A stretch of 64,000 bases of DNA from positions 162,474-226,473 of the forward strand of contig CAIKZC010000010.1 of assembly GCA_903831815.1 (NCBI GenBank), in the 5' to 3' direction. This DNA comes from an uncultured bacterium (GTDB lineage: Bacteria; Patescibacteriota; Minisyncoccia; Phycocordibacterales; UBA11359). Position numbers and translations under genes: made by a program. Under the pieces are notes generated by a model, which was given only the letters and a program-made list of their open reading frames with translations, did no database searches and was not told the origin of the DNA. This document shows, piece after piece, positions 8,035 to 17,588 of this stretch; the first letter of the stretch is position 1; every line of letters starts with the position of its first letter.

Positions 8035-8361
8035 TTGACACAACCACTGTGTATCGCAATGTAAATCAACCTCAGTAGATTCGTCTAAATACCGTGGTGA
8101 AATAATTAATCTAACCAGTATTATGAAGAATCTTAAACTATAGAGTTTAAGGATAAGAAAGATACTGGCGATGATTTTGGAGGAATAACGCTTATGTTGG
8201 CGGCAAGTATTTTACTTATCTATCTTTATTTCCAAGCAAAAAAGTTGATGCAAGAGAAATAAAATGCATTCTGCTACGGCTATCTAAGTTAGAAAGAAAG
8301 TACAAAGAAACAAAATTGTCAGATCGAAATCTGGCACATAAAATTTGAACTGGGGGAGATC

Positions 8362-9057
8362 ATGTCAGTAGCGGTGTCGATAGGTGATATAGAGTTGGAG
8401 ACTTCGTTCGGGTATCCGCTTGGATACGCAGTCAAACCAATGGAGGAACAGCTTTCGCTTCTGCGTCAACATCTCGGTTTGTCTTTTCAAGGTGATTTGG
8501 CCTCAATCACGAAAGACCGTTTTTTTTACCCCATCGAAGGCCCTTTCTTCGTTCCGAAGTGGCAGGCCGTCGGTGGAACTTATGAAAAAGCCTTCAGTAG
8601 GGTGCTCGACGCAATCGGTCGCCAGCGCTCATTTGTCAATAATTGTCCCTATTCTATGGGGCTCAATCATCTTCGCCTTACTAGGCGGGCAGTGGATTAT
8701 CATGAAATGCTTGCTCGGCGGTCGGGAGACAGCCATATTCTCGTGGTGCCGGCGCAGTTTGGTCAATATCATGCAGGTCACAGTGCGTCAGAAGCGAACC
8801 GGGTGATGCCTTTCAGAGAGTTCCCACTCGATCCATACTTAGCTGCGGTTATGCTTCTTACGCATCCGGAACGATTCAAAAACGAGGATGATCTGCGAGT
8901 TGATTGTCCCGGCTGCGAATATGATTATCCGGATGGGTCCGGGCCGTGGTCTGAAGTTCTCTGCTTTCTTAAGTTTGGCGATCAGCTTTGTCTCAGTCAT
9001 AGGTATAAAGACGATCCGCTAGGTTGCTTCGGGTCCGCTTCCGGTTTCATCGTGTAG
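8362..9057 (+). CDS. Hypothetical protein (GC-rich, ~52% GC)
   Basis: 231-aa ORF followed by the terminator at 9117-9158. No recognised domain. The alternative-frame ORF 8420..8806 is shorter. Confidence 0.55.
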   Translation: MSVAVSIGDIELETSFGYPLGYAVKPMEEQLSLLRQHLGLSFQGDLASITKDRFFYPIEGPFFVPKWQAVGGTYEKAFSRVLDAIGRQRSFVNNCPYSMGLNHLRLTRRAVDYHEMLARRSGDSHILVVPAQFGQYHAGHSASEANRVMPFREFPLDPYLAAVMLLTHPERFKNEDDLRVDCPGCEYDYPDGSGPWSEVLCFLKFGDQLCLSHRYKDDPLGCFGSASGFIV

Positions 9058-9116
9058 CAATCTTGGGTTTTGAACTGCCGAACATTTGTTGAATCGATCG
9101 GCAAGTTCCGCCCATC

Positions 9117-9158
9117 GCCGGCGCAGATCGCAGTGATGCGATTTGCTCCGGTTTTTTA
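9117..9158 (+). terminator. Rho-independent terminator (long imperfect GC hairpin + TTTTTT)
   Basis: gccggcgcagatcgcagtgatgcgatttgctccggtttttt. Confidence 0.6.
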
Positions 9159-9555
9159 TTGCAATATTTTTTTAGTCAAAACAAAAACCCTTTGCAGGGT
9201 TTCTGTTTGGAACAGATATATCATTGTGGGGTTACTAAAATAGTTAAAGTGGTGCTCTATTTTTATTCCAAGGAATAAATTAAGTTGAGCTCCTATTATT
9301 TTTCAAAAGTGACCCAGACATGCAATACTGTTGCCTGTGTTAAGTATACGGGCAGGTGCTTTAAATGTACCTTATCATTCTGGACAAGTTGTTTATAAAA
9401 AGTGTATGGATAAAATATTTGTTGAAATTTCCTTAAAACAAAGCATTTATATCGATATTTTTAAAATAAAAATTGTGTATAAATAAAATTAAATAAATTT
9501 GACAGTATTTTGGTTTGTAATATGCGGTGTTTGTTGACGGCTGAAACAAGTCAGA

Positions 9556-10047
9556 GTGTCAATCATGAAAAACAACAAAACAAAAAAAGAAATAAAAGAA
9601 CTTAACATTACCAAATTAATCGAAGCTCCGAGAGATGAGGTTTTCAAAGCATGGATTACTCCAGAGCTCATGATGCAATGGTTCGGTCCAAAAAATTTTT
9701 CTACACCAATCTGTCGCCTGGATGCACAGCCTGATGGAGAAATATATTTAGAAATGGAGGATCTTGACGGCAAACGATATCCGATAAAAGGAGTTTTTGA
9801 AGAGATTGAAACGCCGGAACAAATCGTCTTTACTTCTAGTACTGTGGAAGATATAAATGGAGATCCGAACTTAATTAATCGCGAGACCATATCATTCAGA
9901 GAACAAGATGGCGGCACCAAAATGACACTTCATATTGAAGTGCTTAAAGCCACACCTAAAGTCGCGCAAGAACTGTTAAGCATGGAACTAGGTTGGAGCC
10001 AAAGCTTCGATAAACTTGGAGAACTAATGTCAGAAAATTATTTATAG
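9556..10047 (+). CDS. SRPBCC superfamily protein, AHSA1 (activator of Hsp90 ATPase homolog 1-like) family
   Basis: EAPRDEVFKAWITPELMMQWFGP matches the AHSA1/SRPBCC N-terminal signature. Length is ~160 aa. Confidence 0.75.
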   Translation: MSIMKNNKTKKEIKELNITKLIEAPRDEVFKAWITPELMMQWFGPKNFSTPICRLDAQPDGEIYLEMEDLDGKRYPIKGVFEEIETPEQIVFTSSTVEDINGDPNLINRETISFREQDGGTKMTLHIEVLKATPKVAQELLSMELGWSQSFDKLGELMSENYL

Positions 10048-10191
10048 AACTCGTTCACCTCTAATTAAACGAACGAGTAGCATGATGATTGCCACAACGA
10101 GAAGGATATGAATAAATCCTCCGAGCGTGTAAGAGGTGATTAAACCAAGAACCCAAAGAATGATTAAAATAACCGCGATTGTTGTTAACAT
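10042..10191 (-). CDS. Small hydrophobic membrane protein, 51 aa (lmo0937-like small membrane protein family?)
   Basis: Hand-translated minus-strand ORF MLTTIAVILIILWVLGLITSYTLGGFIHILLVVAIIMLLVRLIRGERVL. It is not in the ORF track because it is under 60 aa. Its stop codon abuts the stop of the convergent 9556 gene. Confidence 0.4.
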   Translation of the reverse strand: MLTTIAVILIILWVLGLITSYTLGGFIHILLVVAIIMLLVRLIRGERVL

Positions 10192-10291
10192 GTTTTTTAT
10201 TATTAGCTTGTACTATATTGTGCCGTGTTTGGAAATAATTTATTACAATCGATATTATGTAATGTTGAAGCGTTAGACACGGTCTATTGGT

Positions 10292-10789
10292 ATGCAGGCT
10301 TTGCTCAGTAGGTTAGGTTATGAAGTTCCTCAGAATATTAATTCTCAGAGGTTTTTGCGTATATCAATGATCATTAGTTTGATCTTTTTATGCTTCGCTA
10401 TCACATTGTTTGTCGGAAGTATCCAGCCGTTTGGTAAAAGATTTGCGACAAACAGAATTGCCAGCGCATCCGCAAATCCGCAAACACAAAATTTTATGCC
10501 GGCTATCAATATTGCCAACAATGGCGCAATCTTGGTCAGCAGTGCTAGGGTTGTTGCGGTAAATGACAATAAAATTAATATGGTCGTCGGGTGGGGAAAT
10601 ACTAATTTCGAATGGGTCGTACAGACAGATAAAACAACTAAATTTATCGATACAAGTGGAAAATATTTAAATATTTCAAACATCCAATTTGGAAGTGAAA
10701 TAACGGTTACAGGCAAATTGATAGATCGTGGACAGGGAGAAAATCCGTTGATTGATGCTGAATTTGTAAGGATTTTACCTCAAAATTGA
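10292..10789 (+). CDS. Hypothetical membrane-anchored protein
   Basis: N-terminal TM helix (ISMIISLIFLCFAITLFV); no recognised domain. Confidence 0.55.
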   Translation: MQALLSRLGYEVPQNINSQRFLRISMIISLIFLCFAITLFVGSIQPFGKRFATNRIASASANPQTQNFMPAINIANNGAILVSSARVVAVNDNKINMVVGWGNTNFEWVVQTDKTTKFIDTSGKYLNISNIQFGSEITVTGKLIDRGQGENPLIDAEFVRILPQN

Positions 10790-10897
10790 TCACTTTTACC
10801 GCCTATTGTAAAATTTTGCTTTACGTGGTAGTGTCAAAACAGATTGTTTTTATCTGTGTGCTTTAATTTATTTACAACGTAATTAAAAGTATATAAA

Positions 10898-12949
10898 ATG
10901 AGAAAATTTAACAAAAAATTTGCGGTTATTGTCGCTGTCATGTTCGTGTTGTGTTTTGTCGGTATAAAATATTCGCAAGCCGACGAGGCCGACGTATCTA
11001 ATGATAATGCTGTTACGTCTAAACCGGAAATCATAGAATCAGGTTATTCTATAAAAGGAAATTATGAAGTTATCGGTCTAACTGCCAATGTTTACGGTGT
11101 AGCTAGCGCTATTCCATATACCGGTAAAAGTGATGCTCAACATATCGCCATTGATTGGACTGGTGCATGTGATGCTTCGAGTGCTACGGAATTCCCATTT
11201 ACTTTGATAACATTTGTTGGGGGAACAGGTAGTGGTAACAATAATGGGACTTTTACTGACGCTACGTGGAGCGTTCTGCACACTTTTCCGGACGCAGGAA
11301 CCTATCCTATTTGCGTAAAAGTTTATCACGCAAATTTTAACGGCAATGATGGAGAAGCTACATTAACGCTTAATTTAGTTATTCCTTCCTTGCCTTTGCC
11401 ACCCGAAAACTCTGCACCGACTGCTTCGGACATCGATCTTGTCACCAATGAAAATACGGCAACTACCACGACTCTTATTGCGTTAGATGCAGATGTTACT
11501 GATATTCTTACGTATTCTATTGTTGACGGCCCAGGTCATGGTACTCTTTCGTCTATCGATCCTTCGACCCACGAAGTGACATATACTCCAACTTTAGGCT
11601 GGAACGGTTCGGATTCATTCACCTACAAAGCCAATGATTCCAAACTAGATAGCAATACGGCAACAGTAAATATTACCGTAAATCCAATTGGTGATCCTGC
11701 CCCTTGTACTCTGACCGTTTCGGAATTTCACGACGCTCATTCTCTTTGGAATGTCGGATTGTTCGGAATCGGAATCAATCAAGATAAAACCTTGGCTTAT
11801 GTTAAAGTTGTAAACAAAACACATTGTTCCGCTCAGGTTAGTCTTGGAGCATACAAAATGTTTGATCTTACAAATCTTTCCACTCAGAAATTGTTTGATA
11901 CGACACATTTGGTCACTATCCAGCCACAATCTTCTCAAATGTTAACGGTCAAATTGCCTTCATGTGCCGCACAGATCGATGCCTTTTATGGCGATGCACC
12001 ATCATCGTTAGTGGATTCAGTTGGGACATATGATTATCCGAATATACCTTATATTGTAAAACATAAACTTTCAGAAGAGACGCTTTGCCAGAATGTTCCT
12101 CAAAATACTCCACCGGTCATCACTCTAAAAGGTGATAATCCGATGACTATTTATTATGGCACTCCTTTTGTTGATCCTGGCGTGACTGCTTGGGATGCAG
12201 AAGACGGCGATCTTACCAACGTGATAGTTATGAATACAGTCGATACTTCATCGATTGGCACTTTCAGACTTGGGACTTCAACTATTTACTATTTAGTTCA
12301 AGATTCAGGCGGATTGTTTGCCTCGACCACACGAACGGTCTATATAGTCGAAAGCACTTCAACTCCTACTACAACCCCGGTCATTGATCCTTCAACCGGT
12401 GGACGAAGCAGCGGAAGTTATGGCTTCAGACCATTGGCGTTGGCGACATCGACTCCTTCACTTTCTTGCCCTCTAATTAATTCATATTTACGTTTGGGAG
12501 CTAATAATGATCCGTCGGAAGTCATGAAGCTTCAGTCTTTCTTGAAACAAACCGAAAGTGCCGAAGTTGATGTAAACGGAATTTTCGACCAGAAAACTTT
12601 GGCTGCGGTAAATGCTTTCCAGACAAAATATCTGACTGAAATAATGGGTCCATGGGGAGCAACTCGTTCTTCAGGCAATGTTTATATCATGACCAAAAAG
12701 AAAATCAATCAGATCGCTTGCGATACCGCTTTTATGATTGATCCGATTGAACAAGCAATAATTGACGCTTATAAAGCCTCTCAAAATCAGGTTTCTCCGG
12801 GATTTATCGTTCCCGGCAGTTCACCGGCGTCATCAACAAGCCTTGATATCGGTCTTAACAATGCCACTTCCGATCAAAATCTTGCAGCCGTAGGTAGTGC
12901 ATCTTCGGTACTAGGAAAACTTTGGGGTTTTATAAAAAGTCTTTTCTAA
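10898..12949 (+). CDS. Secreted cell-surface protein with cadherin-like/Ig-like (DUF5011-type) domains and a C-terminal putative peptidoglycan-binding domain
   Basis: Signal peptide; cadherin-like block (TASDIDLVTNENTATT...TYSIVDGPGHGTLS...SFTYKANDS); PPVITLKGDNPMTIYYGTPFVDPGVTAWDAEDGDL resembles bacterial Ig (DUF5011); the C-terminus resembles the PG_binding_1 domain. Confidence 0.7.
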   Translation: MRKFNKKFAVIVAVMFVLCFVGIKYSQADEADVSNDNAVTSKPEIIESGYSIKGNYEVIGLTANVYGVASAIPYTGKSDAQHIAIDWTGACDASSATEFPFTLITFVGGTGSGNNNGTFTDATWSVLHTFPDAGTYPICVKVYHANFNGNDGEATLTLNLVIPSLPLPPENSAPTASDIDLVTNENTATTTTLIALDADVTDILTYSIVDGPGHGTLSSIDPSTHEVTYTPTLGWNGSDSFTYKANDSKLDSNTATVNITVNPIGDPAPCTLTVSEFHDAHSLWNVGLFGIGINQDKTLAYVKVVNKTHCSAQVSLGAYKMFDLTNLSTQKLFDTTHLVTIQPQSSQMLTVKLPSCAAQIDAFYGDAPSSLVDSVGTYDYPNIPYIVKHKLSEETLCQNVPQNTPPVITLKGDNPMTIYYGTPFVDPGVTAWDAEDGDLTNVIVMNTVDTSSIGTFRLGTSTIYYLVQDSGGLFASTTRTVYIVESTSTPTTTPVIDPSTGGRSSGSYGFRPLALATSTPSLSCPLINSYLRLGANNDPSEVMKLQSFLKQTESAEVDVNGIFDQKTLAAVNAFQTKYLTEIMGPWGATRSSGNVYIMTKKKINQIACDTAFMIDPIEQAIIDAYKASQNQVSPGFIVPGSSPASSTSLDIGLNNATSDQNLAAVGSASSVLGKLWGFIKSLF

Positions 12950-12984
12950 AACTTTTCTAAAGTTAGCGGTGTGGTGATCAACAC

Positions 12985-14019
12985 ATGAAAAATTCTCAAA
13001 GAAATTTTTTCATTGGCCTATCAATCGCTGTTTTGTTGTTGCTCGGTCGCTCACTCTATGTGCATTTCACTTTTAAAAGTGTCACGCCAATATCGCCAAC
13101 GATTTCTACTACCACTCCCATTCAAAATACTGTTTCGAGCACGACCCCCGTATCGAAACCTAAACCGGTTTCAGTCTCGGCACCATATCCTACGCCAACT
13201 TCAACTCCAAACACCTCTATACTTAAATGGGGGGCGTATGTTGGTGACGGGAACAACAATCTTGCCAGTTTAGAAAGTATGGTTGGCGCGAAAGCCAACA
13301 TTCAAGCCGATTTTGAAGGTTGGGATACACCTTTTCCTGCTTATTTTGCATCTACTGTCGGTCAGCGAGGTAAGACTCTGGTTGTATATTGGGAACCAAA
13401 TTTTGGTTACGATAAGATCAATGACGGTTCCCAGAATAATTACATCAAGCAATTTGCTGTCGGTGCCAAAGAATATGGATATCCGGTAATGCTTGCTCCA
13501 TTCGATGAATTCAATTTGAATGAAAGCGCTTGGGGTTATGGTATTAATGGAAATACTCCTACAAAGTTTCTGAATGCTTGGAAACGTGTTCATGATATTT
13601 TTGCAAAAGTTGGGGCGAATAATGTAAAATTCGTCTTAACTTACAACAATGTTTCGGTGCCAAATACCCCTGACAACAAATTTTCGGCATATTACCCGGG
13701 TTCCAAATATGTTGATTATGTCGGCGTCGACGGATTTAACTTTGGTAACCCATGGACCTCGTTTGCCCAAACTTTTGATTCTGCAATTGCGACTCTTAAC
13801 ACATTTAATAAGCCGATTTACATCATGTCGGTTGGTACTGTTCCTGGGACTCAAAAACCGGCCTGGATCAATGAAATGGGTACTCATATCAAGACCTATT
13901 CTAAAGTGGTAGGCTGGGTCTGGTTTAACTCAAATAATCAAGACAACGGTGCCAGTTTTGTAATATATTCGGATACACCTTCTCTTGAGTCATTTAGGGG
14001 ATTATTAAACAAAGATTAA
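12985..14019 (+). CDS. Secreted putative glycoside hydrolase (GH26-like clan GH-A TIM-barrel), N-terminal TM/signal + Pro/Thr-rich linker
   Basis: LAPFDEFNLNESAWGYG resembles the GH26 acid/base region (FxHExNGxW) and KPIYIMSVG aligns with the nucleophile strand, but no Glu is present there. Paralog of the 14231 gene. Confidence 0.5.
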   Translation: MKNSQRNFFIGLSIAVLLLLGRSLYVHFTFKSVTPISPTISTTTPIQNTVSSTTPVSKPKPVSVSAPYPTPTSTPNTSILKWGAYVGDGNNNLASLESMVGAKANIQADFEGWDTPFPAYFASTVGQRGKTLVVYWEPNFGYDKINDGSQNNYIKQFAVGAKEYGYPVMLAPFDEFNLNESAWGYGINGNTPTKFLNAWKRVHDIFAKVGANNVKFVLTYNNVSVPNTPDNKFSAYYPGSKYVDYVGVDGFNFGNPWTSFAQTFDSAIATLNTFNKPIYIMSVGTVPGTQKPAWINEMGTHIKTYSKVVGWVWFNSNNQDNGASFVIYSDTPSLESFRGLLNKD

Positions 14020-14230
14020 TAACACTGTTACAGGACTTTTGATGGAAAGTGTCAATTGCACTAAAATTTACTCAGAAAACGACCTGATTGTTGATGATAA
14101 CATTACACTGAATTTTTAGACTAATTTCAACCCCTAAAACTCGGTTGCATGACGTTTCTGCTACGGTATACTGCGGCGGACTGTCTTTTAATTAATAGGG
14201 GACGGTCTTAATCATATAACAATAATCTAA

Positions 14231-15772
14231 ATGAGTATTATAAATAGCATACGCCGCAAGAGCGCTGTTTTTCTTGTAATTTTTAGTTTATTATTCACGC
14301 CACTTCTCGCTGCTCAGCAGGTATCAGCAGCAAATTGGGGCTCAAATAGGAATGGAAGCAATAGAACTTGGTCAAATTGGGGATCAGGTCATTCAATTCC
14401 AACTCCGACACCTACACCAACTCCTACTCCGACCCCAACACCCACACCAACTCCTACTCCAACGCCGACACCTACACCTACACCAACTCCAACTCCTGTT
14501 CCAACACCGACACCTATTCCAACAACTTCTGGACATGGTTCGATAAGTGGAACGGTTTATAACGATCTAAATCGAAACAGTGTAAAAGATTCAAGTGATT
14601 TAACACTTTCAGGTTGGACAATAAATCTATATAGCGGAGCCGGATGGTCAGGTTCTACTAACAAGGCGCCTATAAAGACCAACGTCTCGGATGCCAATGG
14701 ATTATATTCATTCAACAATTTAACTGATGGTACTTATAGTATCGAAGAAGTAAATCAATCAAGTCTAACTCAATTTACTAACGATTTTAACTCAATTGTA
14801 ATTACTAATGGTGCAGCTGTAACGGGTAAGGATTTCGCGAACGTTGGTAACACTACCACTGTAACTCCAACTCCAATTACTACGCCTGCACCTACTCCCA
14901 CACCAACATCAACACCAACACCGACTCCAACTCCGGTCCCTAACCCGACCCCACTCCCAATTCCAAACCCTGTTCCGGTCACCAACGCTCTACAATGGGG
15001 TGCCTACGTCGGTGACACCAGTGGTGCTCTCTCGTCTTTTGAAACTATGGTCGGAGCTAAGACTAACATTCAAGCCGACTTCGAAGGCTGGGATGCAAGT
15101 TTCCCAAGTCAATTTTCTTCAACTGTCGGTCAGCAAGGTAAAACCCTAGTTATCTATTGGGAACCAAGTTTTGGTTTTGACACCATTAACAACGGTTCAC
15201 AAGATGCTTACATTAAGTCATTTGCTGCCGGTGCCAAAGCATATGGTTACCCAGTCTTACTCGCTCCATTTGATGAATTCAACTTGAATGAGTCTGCTTG
15301 GGGTTACGGACTTAATGGCAACACCGCTGCCAAGTTCGTGATTGCATGGAAACATATTCACGATCTATTCGTCGCTGCCGGTGCCAACAACGTTAAATTC
15401 GTCTTAACTTACAACAACGTCTCTGTACCAAGTTCTAGCGACAATAGTTTTGCCGCTTACTACCCAGGTGCTTCATACGTTGACTATGTCGGTGTCGACG
15501 GATTTAACTTCGGTAACCCATGGACCTCGTTTGCCGGAACCTTTGACTCAGCAATTGCCACTTTAAACACGTTCAACAAACCGATCTACATCATGTCAGT
15601 TGGTAGCGTGCCTGGTGCTCAAAAACCGGCCTGGATCAATGAAATGGGTACTCATATCAAGACTTACGCCAATGTGGTGGGCTGGGTATGGTTTAACTCA
15701 AATAGTGACCAAAATTGGCTCGTAAATACGGATACTGCGTCGCTTACAGCCTTCCAAAGTCTAGTTAAGTAA
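14231..15772 (+). CDS. Secreted putative glycoside hydrolase paralog with additional SdrD-B/Cna-B-like (carboxypeptidase-regulatory-like) domain and (TP)n linkers
   Basis: Signal peptide; (PT)n linker; SGHGSISGTVYNDLNRNSVKDSSDLTLSGWTINLY...NGLYSFNNLTDGTYSI is a Cna-B/SdrD-B-like fold. The C-terminal 260 aa is ~75% identical to the 12985 gene product, including a 44-nt identical DNA stretch. Confidence 0.55.
   Translation: MSIINSIRRKSAVFLVIFSLLFTPLLAAQQVSAANWGSNRNGSNRTWSNWGSGHSIPTPTPTPTPTPTPTPTPTPTPTPTPTPTPTPTPVPTPTPIPTTSGHGSISGTVYNDLNRNSVKDSSDLTLSGWTINLYSGAGWSGSTNKAPIKTNVSDANGLYSFNNLTDGTYSIEEVNQSSLTQFTNDFNSIVITNGAAVTGKDFANVGNTTTVTPTPITTPAPTPTPTSTPTPTPTPVPNPTPLPIPNPVPVTNALQWGAYVGDTSGALSSFETMVGAKTNIQADFEGWDASFPSQFSSTVGQQGKTLVIYWEPSFGFDTINNGSQDAYIKSFAAGAKAYGYPVLLAPFDEFNLNESAWGYGLNGNTAAKFVIAWKHIHDLFVAAGANNVKFVLTYNNVSVPSSSDNSFAAYYPGASYVDYVGVDGFNFGNPWTSFAGTFDSAIATLNTFNKPIYIMSVGSVPGAQKPAWINEMGTHIKTYANVVGWVWFNSNSDQNWLVNTDTASLTAFQSLVK
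14398..14523 (+). repeat. Coding low-complexity (ACN-CCN)n repeat encoding a (TP)n linker
   Basis: PTPTPTPTPTPTPTPTPTPTPTPTPTPTPVPTPTPIP; not a CRISPR array (no spacers, coding frame maintained). Confidence 0.8.
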
Positions 15773-15800
15773 ATTATAAAAAGAGACAGGTGACTGTCAT

Positions 15801-15842
15801 AAATACCCGACTTCTGCGGCTCAGAAGTCGGGTATTTATTAT
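15801..15842 (+). terminator. Rho-independent terminator (perfect 16-bp stem AAATACCCGACTTCTG, 5-nt loop, TTTATT)
   Basis: aaatacccgacttctgcggctcagaagtcgggtatttatt. Confidence 0.75.
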
Positions 15843-15933
15843 GTTGAAGAATTTATTTGGAATATTAGTCGAATATTTAAATAAAAAACAACGTTTTTAT
15901 TAGAGATTGTGTTCTCGCTAAGATTTAGTTTTC

Positions 15934-16959
15934 ATGAAAATATCGCTTCTGGTACCATGTTACAACGAGGAAAAATCCTTGGAGGCCTCTATAAAGTCCT
16001 CTCTTCGACAAACCCGTAAATTTGACGAGATCGTATTTATCGACGATTCTTCCAAAGATCGAACTCCTGAGATCTTGGCAAAATATTCGGATCGGATAAC
16101 TGCCAGAAGAACACCTAAGAATACAGGAAATAAGAGCAGTGCTCAAGAATTCGGTCTACACTTTATTACGGGGGATGTAATGGTCACGACGGACGGTGAC
16201 ACATTGTTAGATGAGAATTTTGCCGCAGAAGTAGAAAAAAGTTTTAAAGACCCCAAGATCGTGGCTGTCGCCGGTCGAGTTAAAAGTTTGCCTTATAACT
16301 GGCTGACTCTTTGTCGAGCATTCGATTATGCCATCGGCCAAAATATTCACAAAGTCGCTCAAAGTTATTTACGATACATTTTTGTTATGCCCGGCGCGGC
16401 CAGCGCCTTTAGAGTTGACGTTTTTAAAAAGTTTATAACTTTTGATCATGACACGATCACGGAAGATCTTGATTTTACTTACAAACTTCACAAAAAATAT
16501 TTCAAAATAATATATAACAAAAATGCGATTTCTTACACTCAGGACCCGGCTGATTTAAAAAATTACATCAATCAAATGCGTCGATGGTTTGGCGGGGGAT
16601 GGCAAAATTTGATGAAACATTGGGATGTAATTTTCAGTCATCCAATCAGAGCTTTTGAATTGTCGCTTATATATTCCGAAGGATTGATATTTTCCGTGTT
16701 GATTTTTGTTTTACCGATTCTAAATTTATGGTTTGGATTATGGCTCATCGTCGGATATTTCGTAGTCGCATTGGCTTTCGGTGTTTGGGCTGCAATAGTC
16801 GAAAGACGATGGACTCTCGTTTTGGCGCCATTTCCGTATCTCGTTTTAATGTTTATAAATTCATACATTTACCTCGAACAATTTGTTAAGGAAGTAATTT
16901 TGAAGAGAAAGAATTTAGTCTGGTTCAAACCGGAGCGTGTAGAAATGATCGCACAATAA
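15934..16959 (+). CDS. Family 2 glycosyltransferase (GT-A fold, membrane-embedded C-terminus)
   Basis: LVPCYNEE, FIDDSS, TTDGD(T) DxD-like motif, QMRRWFGGGWQNL, then multiple TM helices. Confidence 0.85.
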   Translation: MKISLLVPCYNEEKSLEASIKSSLRQTRKFDEIVFIDDSSKDRTPEILAKYSDRITARRTPKNTGNKSSAQEFGLHFITGDVMVTTDGDTLLDENFAAEVEKSFKDPKIVAVAGRVKSLPYNWLTLCRAFDYAIGQNIHKVAQSYLRYIFVMPGAASAFRVDVFKKFITFDHDTITEDLDFTYKLHKKYFKIIYNKNAISYTQDPADLKNYINQMRRWFGGGWQNLMKHWDVIFSHPIRAFELSLIYSEGLIFSVLIFVLPILNLWFGLWLIVGYFVVALAFGVWAAIVERRWTLVLAPFPYLVLMFINSYIYLEQFVKEVILKRKNLVWFKPERVEMIAQ

Positions 16960-16960
16960 T

Positions 16961-17545
16961 ATGCCATTTACACCATTTATCGGATTATCGGTTTTAGTTC
17001 ACATCGGAATTATTTTGTGGCACAAGATTTTTGATGTCACCAGTAATTTCAGGGCTTTGACCGTACAAAAGGCGACACGCACTCTTCGTTTCGGAATTTC
17101 GACTATCATCGTTCTTATTTTCGCGGTTATTCTAACTTCGGCTATCGGATTGGTCCGCGCTGGAGTGAATGATAAATATTCAAATATCAATTTAGTTGAA
17201 CAGTTTGTCGGTTACGTCCAAAATTATAATTTTCATGATTCCACTAAAGTAGTTTTAGCTCAGGATGATAAAGTCATCTTAAGTAGCACTTTCGTATCGC
17301 CGCCAAAATCCGTCACATCTGCCGCTTCAAGCACCTTAGTGAATAATTGCGCAAATTCATCGGCAACTACTGTCAACTATTCCAACTCACTGGTAAATTT
17401 TTTGATCTCAAACAAACGGGACCACTCGTTTAAATCCAGAAGTTACCTAGCTTCGACGTATGGTATCAAGTCTTATAACGGTACAAGTAAACAAAATCTA
17501 TTTATACTCCAAAAGCTGATCGATATGGCTAAATGCCAAACTTAA
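16961..17545 (+). CDS. Hypothetical membrane protein
   Basis: The ORF starts 1 nt after the GT2 stop. Two predicted TM segments; no recognised domain. Confidence 0.5.
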   Translation: MPFTPFIGLSVLVHIGIILWHKIFDVTSNFRALTVQKATRTLRFGISTIIVLIFAVILTSAIGLVRAGVNDKYSNINLVEQFVGYVQNYNFHDSTKVVLAQDDKVILSSTFVSPPKSVTSAASSTLVNNCANSSATTVNYSNSLVNFLISNKRDHSFKSRSYLASTYGIKSYNGTSKQNLFILQKLIDMAKCQT

Positions 17546-17588
17546 AATTTATTAGAAACAATTATTAGCAATTTAATTAATTAAAAAA

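Noticed and set aside
8420-8806. 128-aa alternative-frame ORF inside 8362..9057
   Set aside because: It is nested in a longer ORF in another frame of the same strand and has no independent signals.
3700-9500. Integrase/transposase or IS element defining the tRNA-adjacent island
   Set aside because: No tyrosine/serine recombinase, DDE transposase or terminal inverted repeats were recognisable. Only the duplicated 24-nt boxes were found, so the region is described as a possible degenerate island, not as a mobile element.
10345-10716. 123-aa minus-strand ORF within the 10292..10789 gene
   Set aside because: It is fully nested antisense to a + strand ORF that has an N-terminal TM helix and follows the strong + strand bias of the region.
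14398-14523. Possible CRISPR-like short repeat array (acnccn repeats)
   Set aside because: It is an in-frame (TP)n linker within the 14231 CDS: no spacer-repeat alternation, and unit size is 6 nt. No CRISPR array or cas genes were found anywhere in the window.
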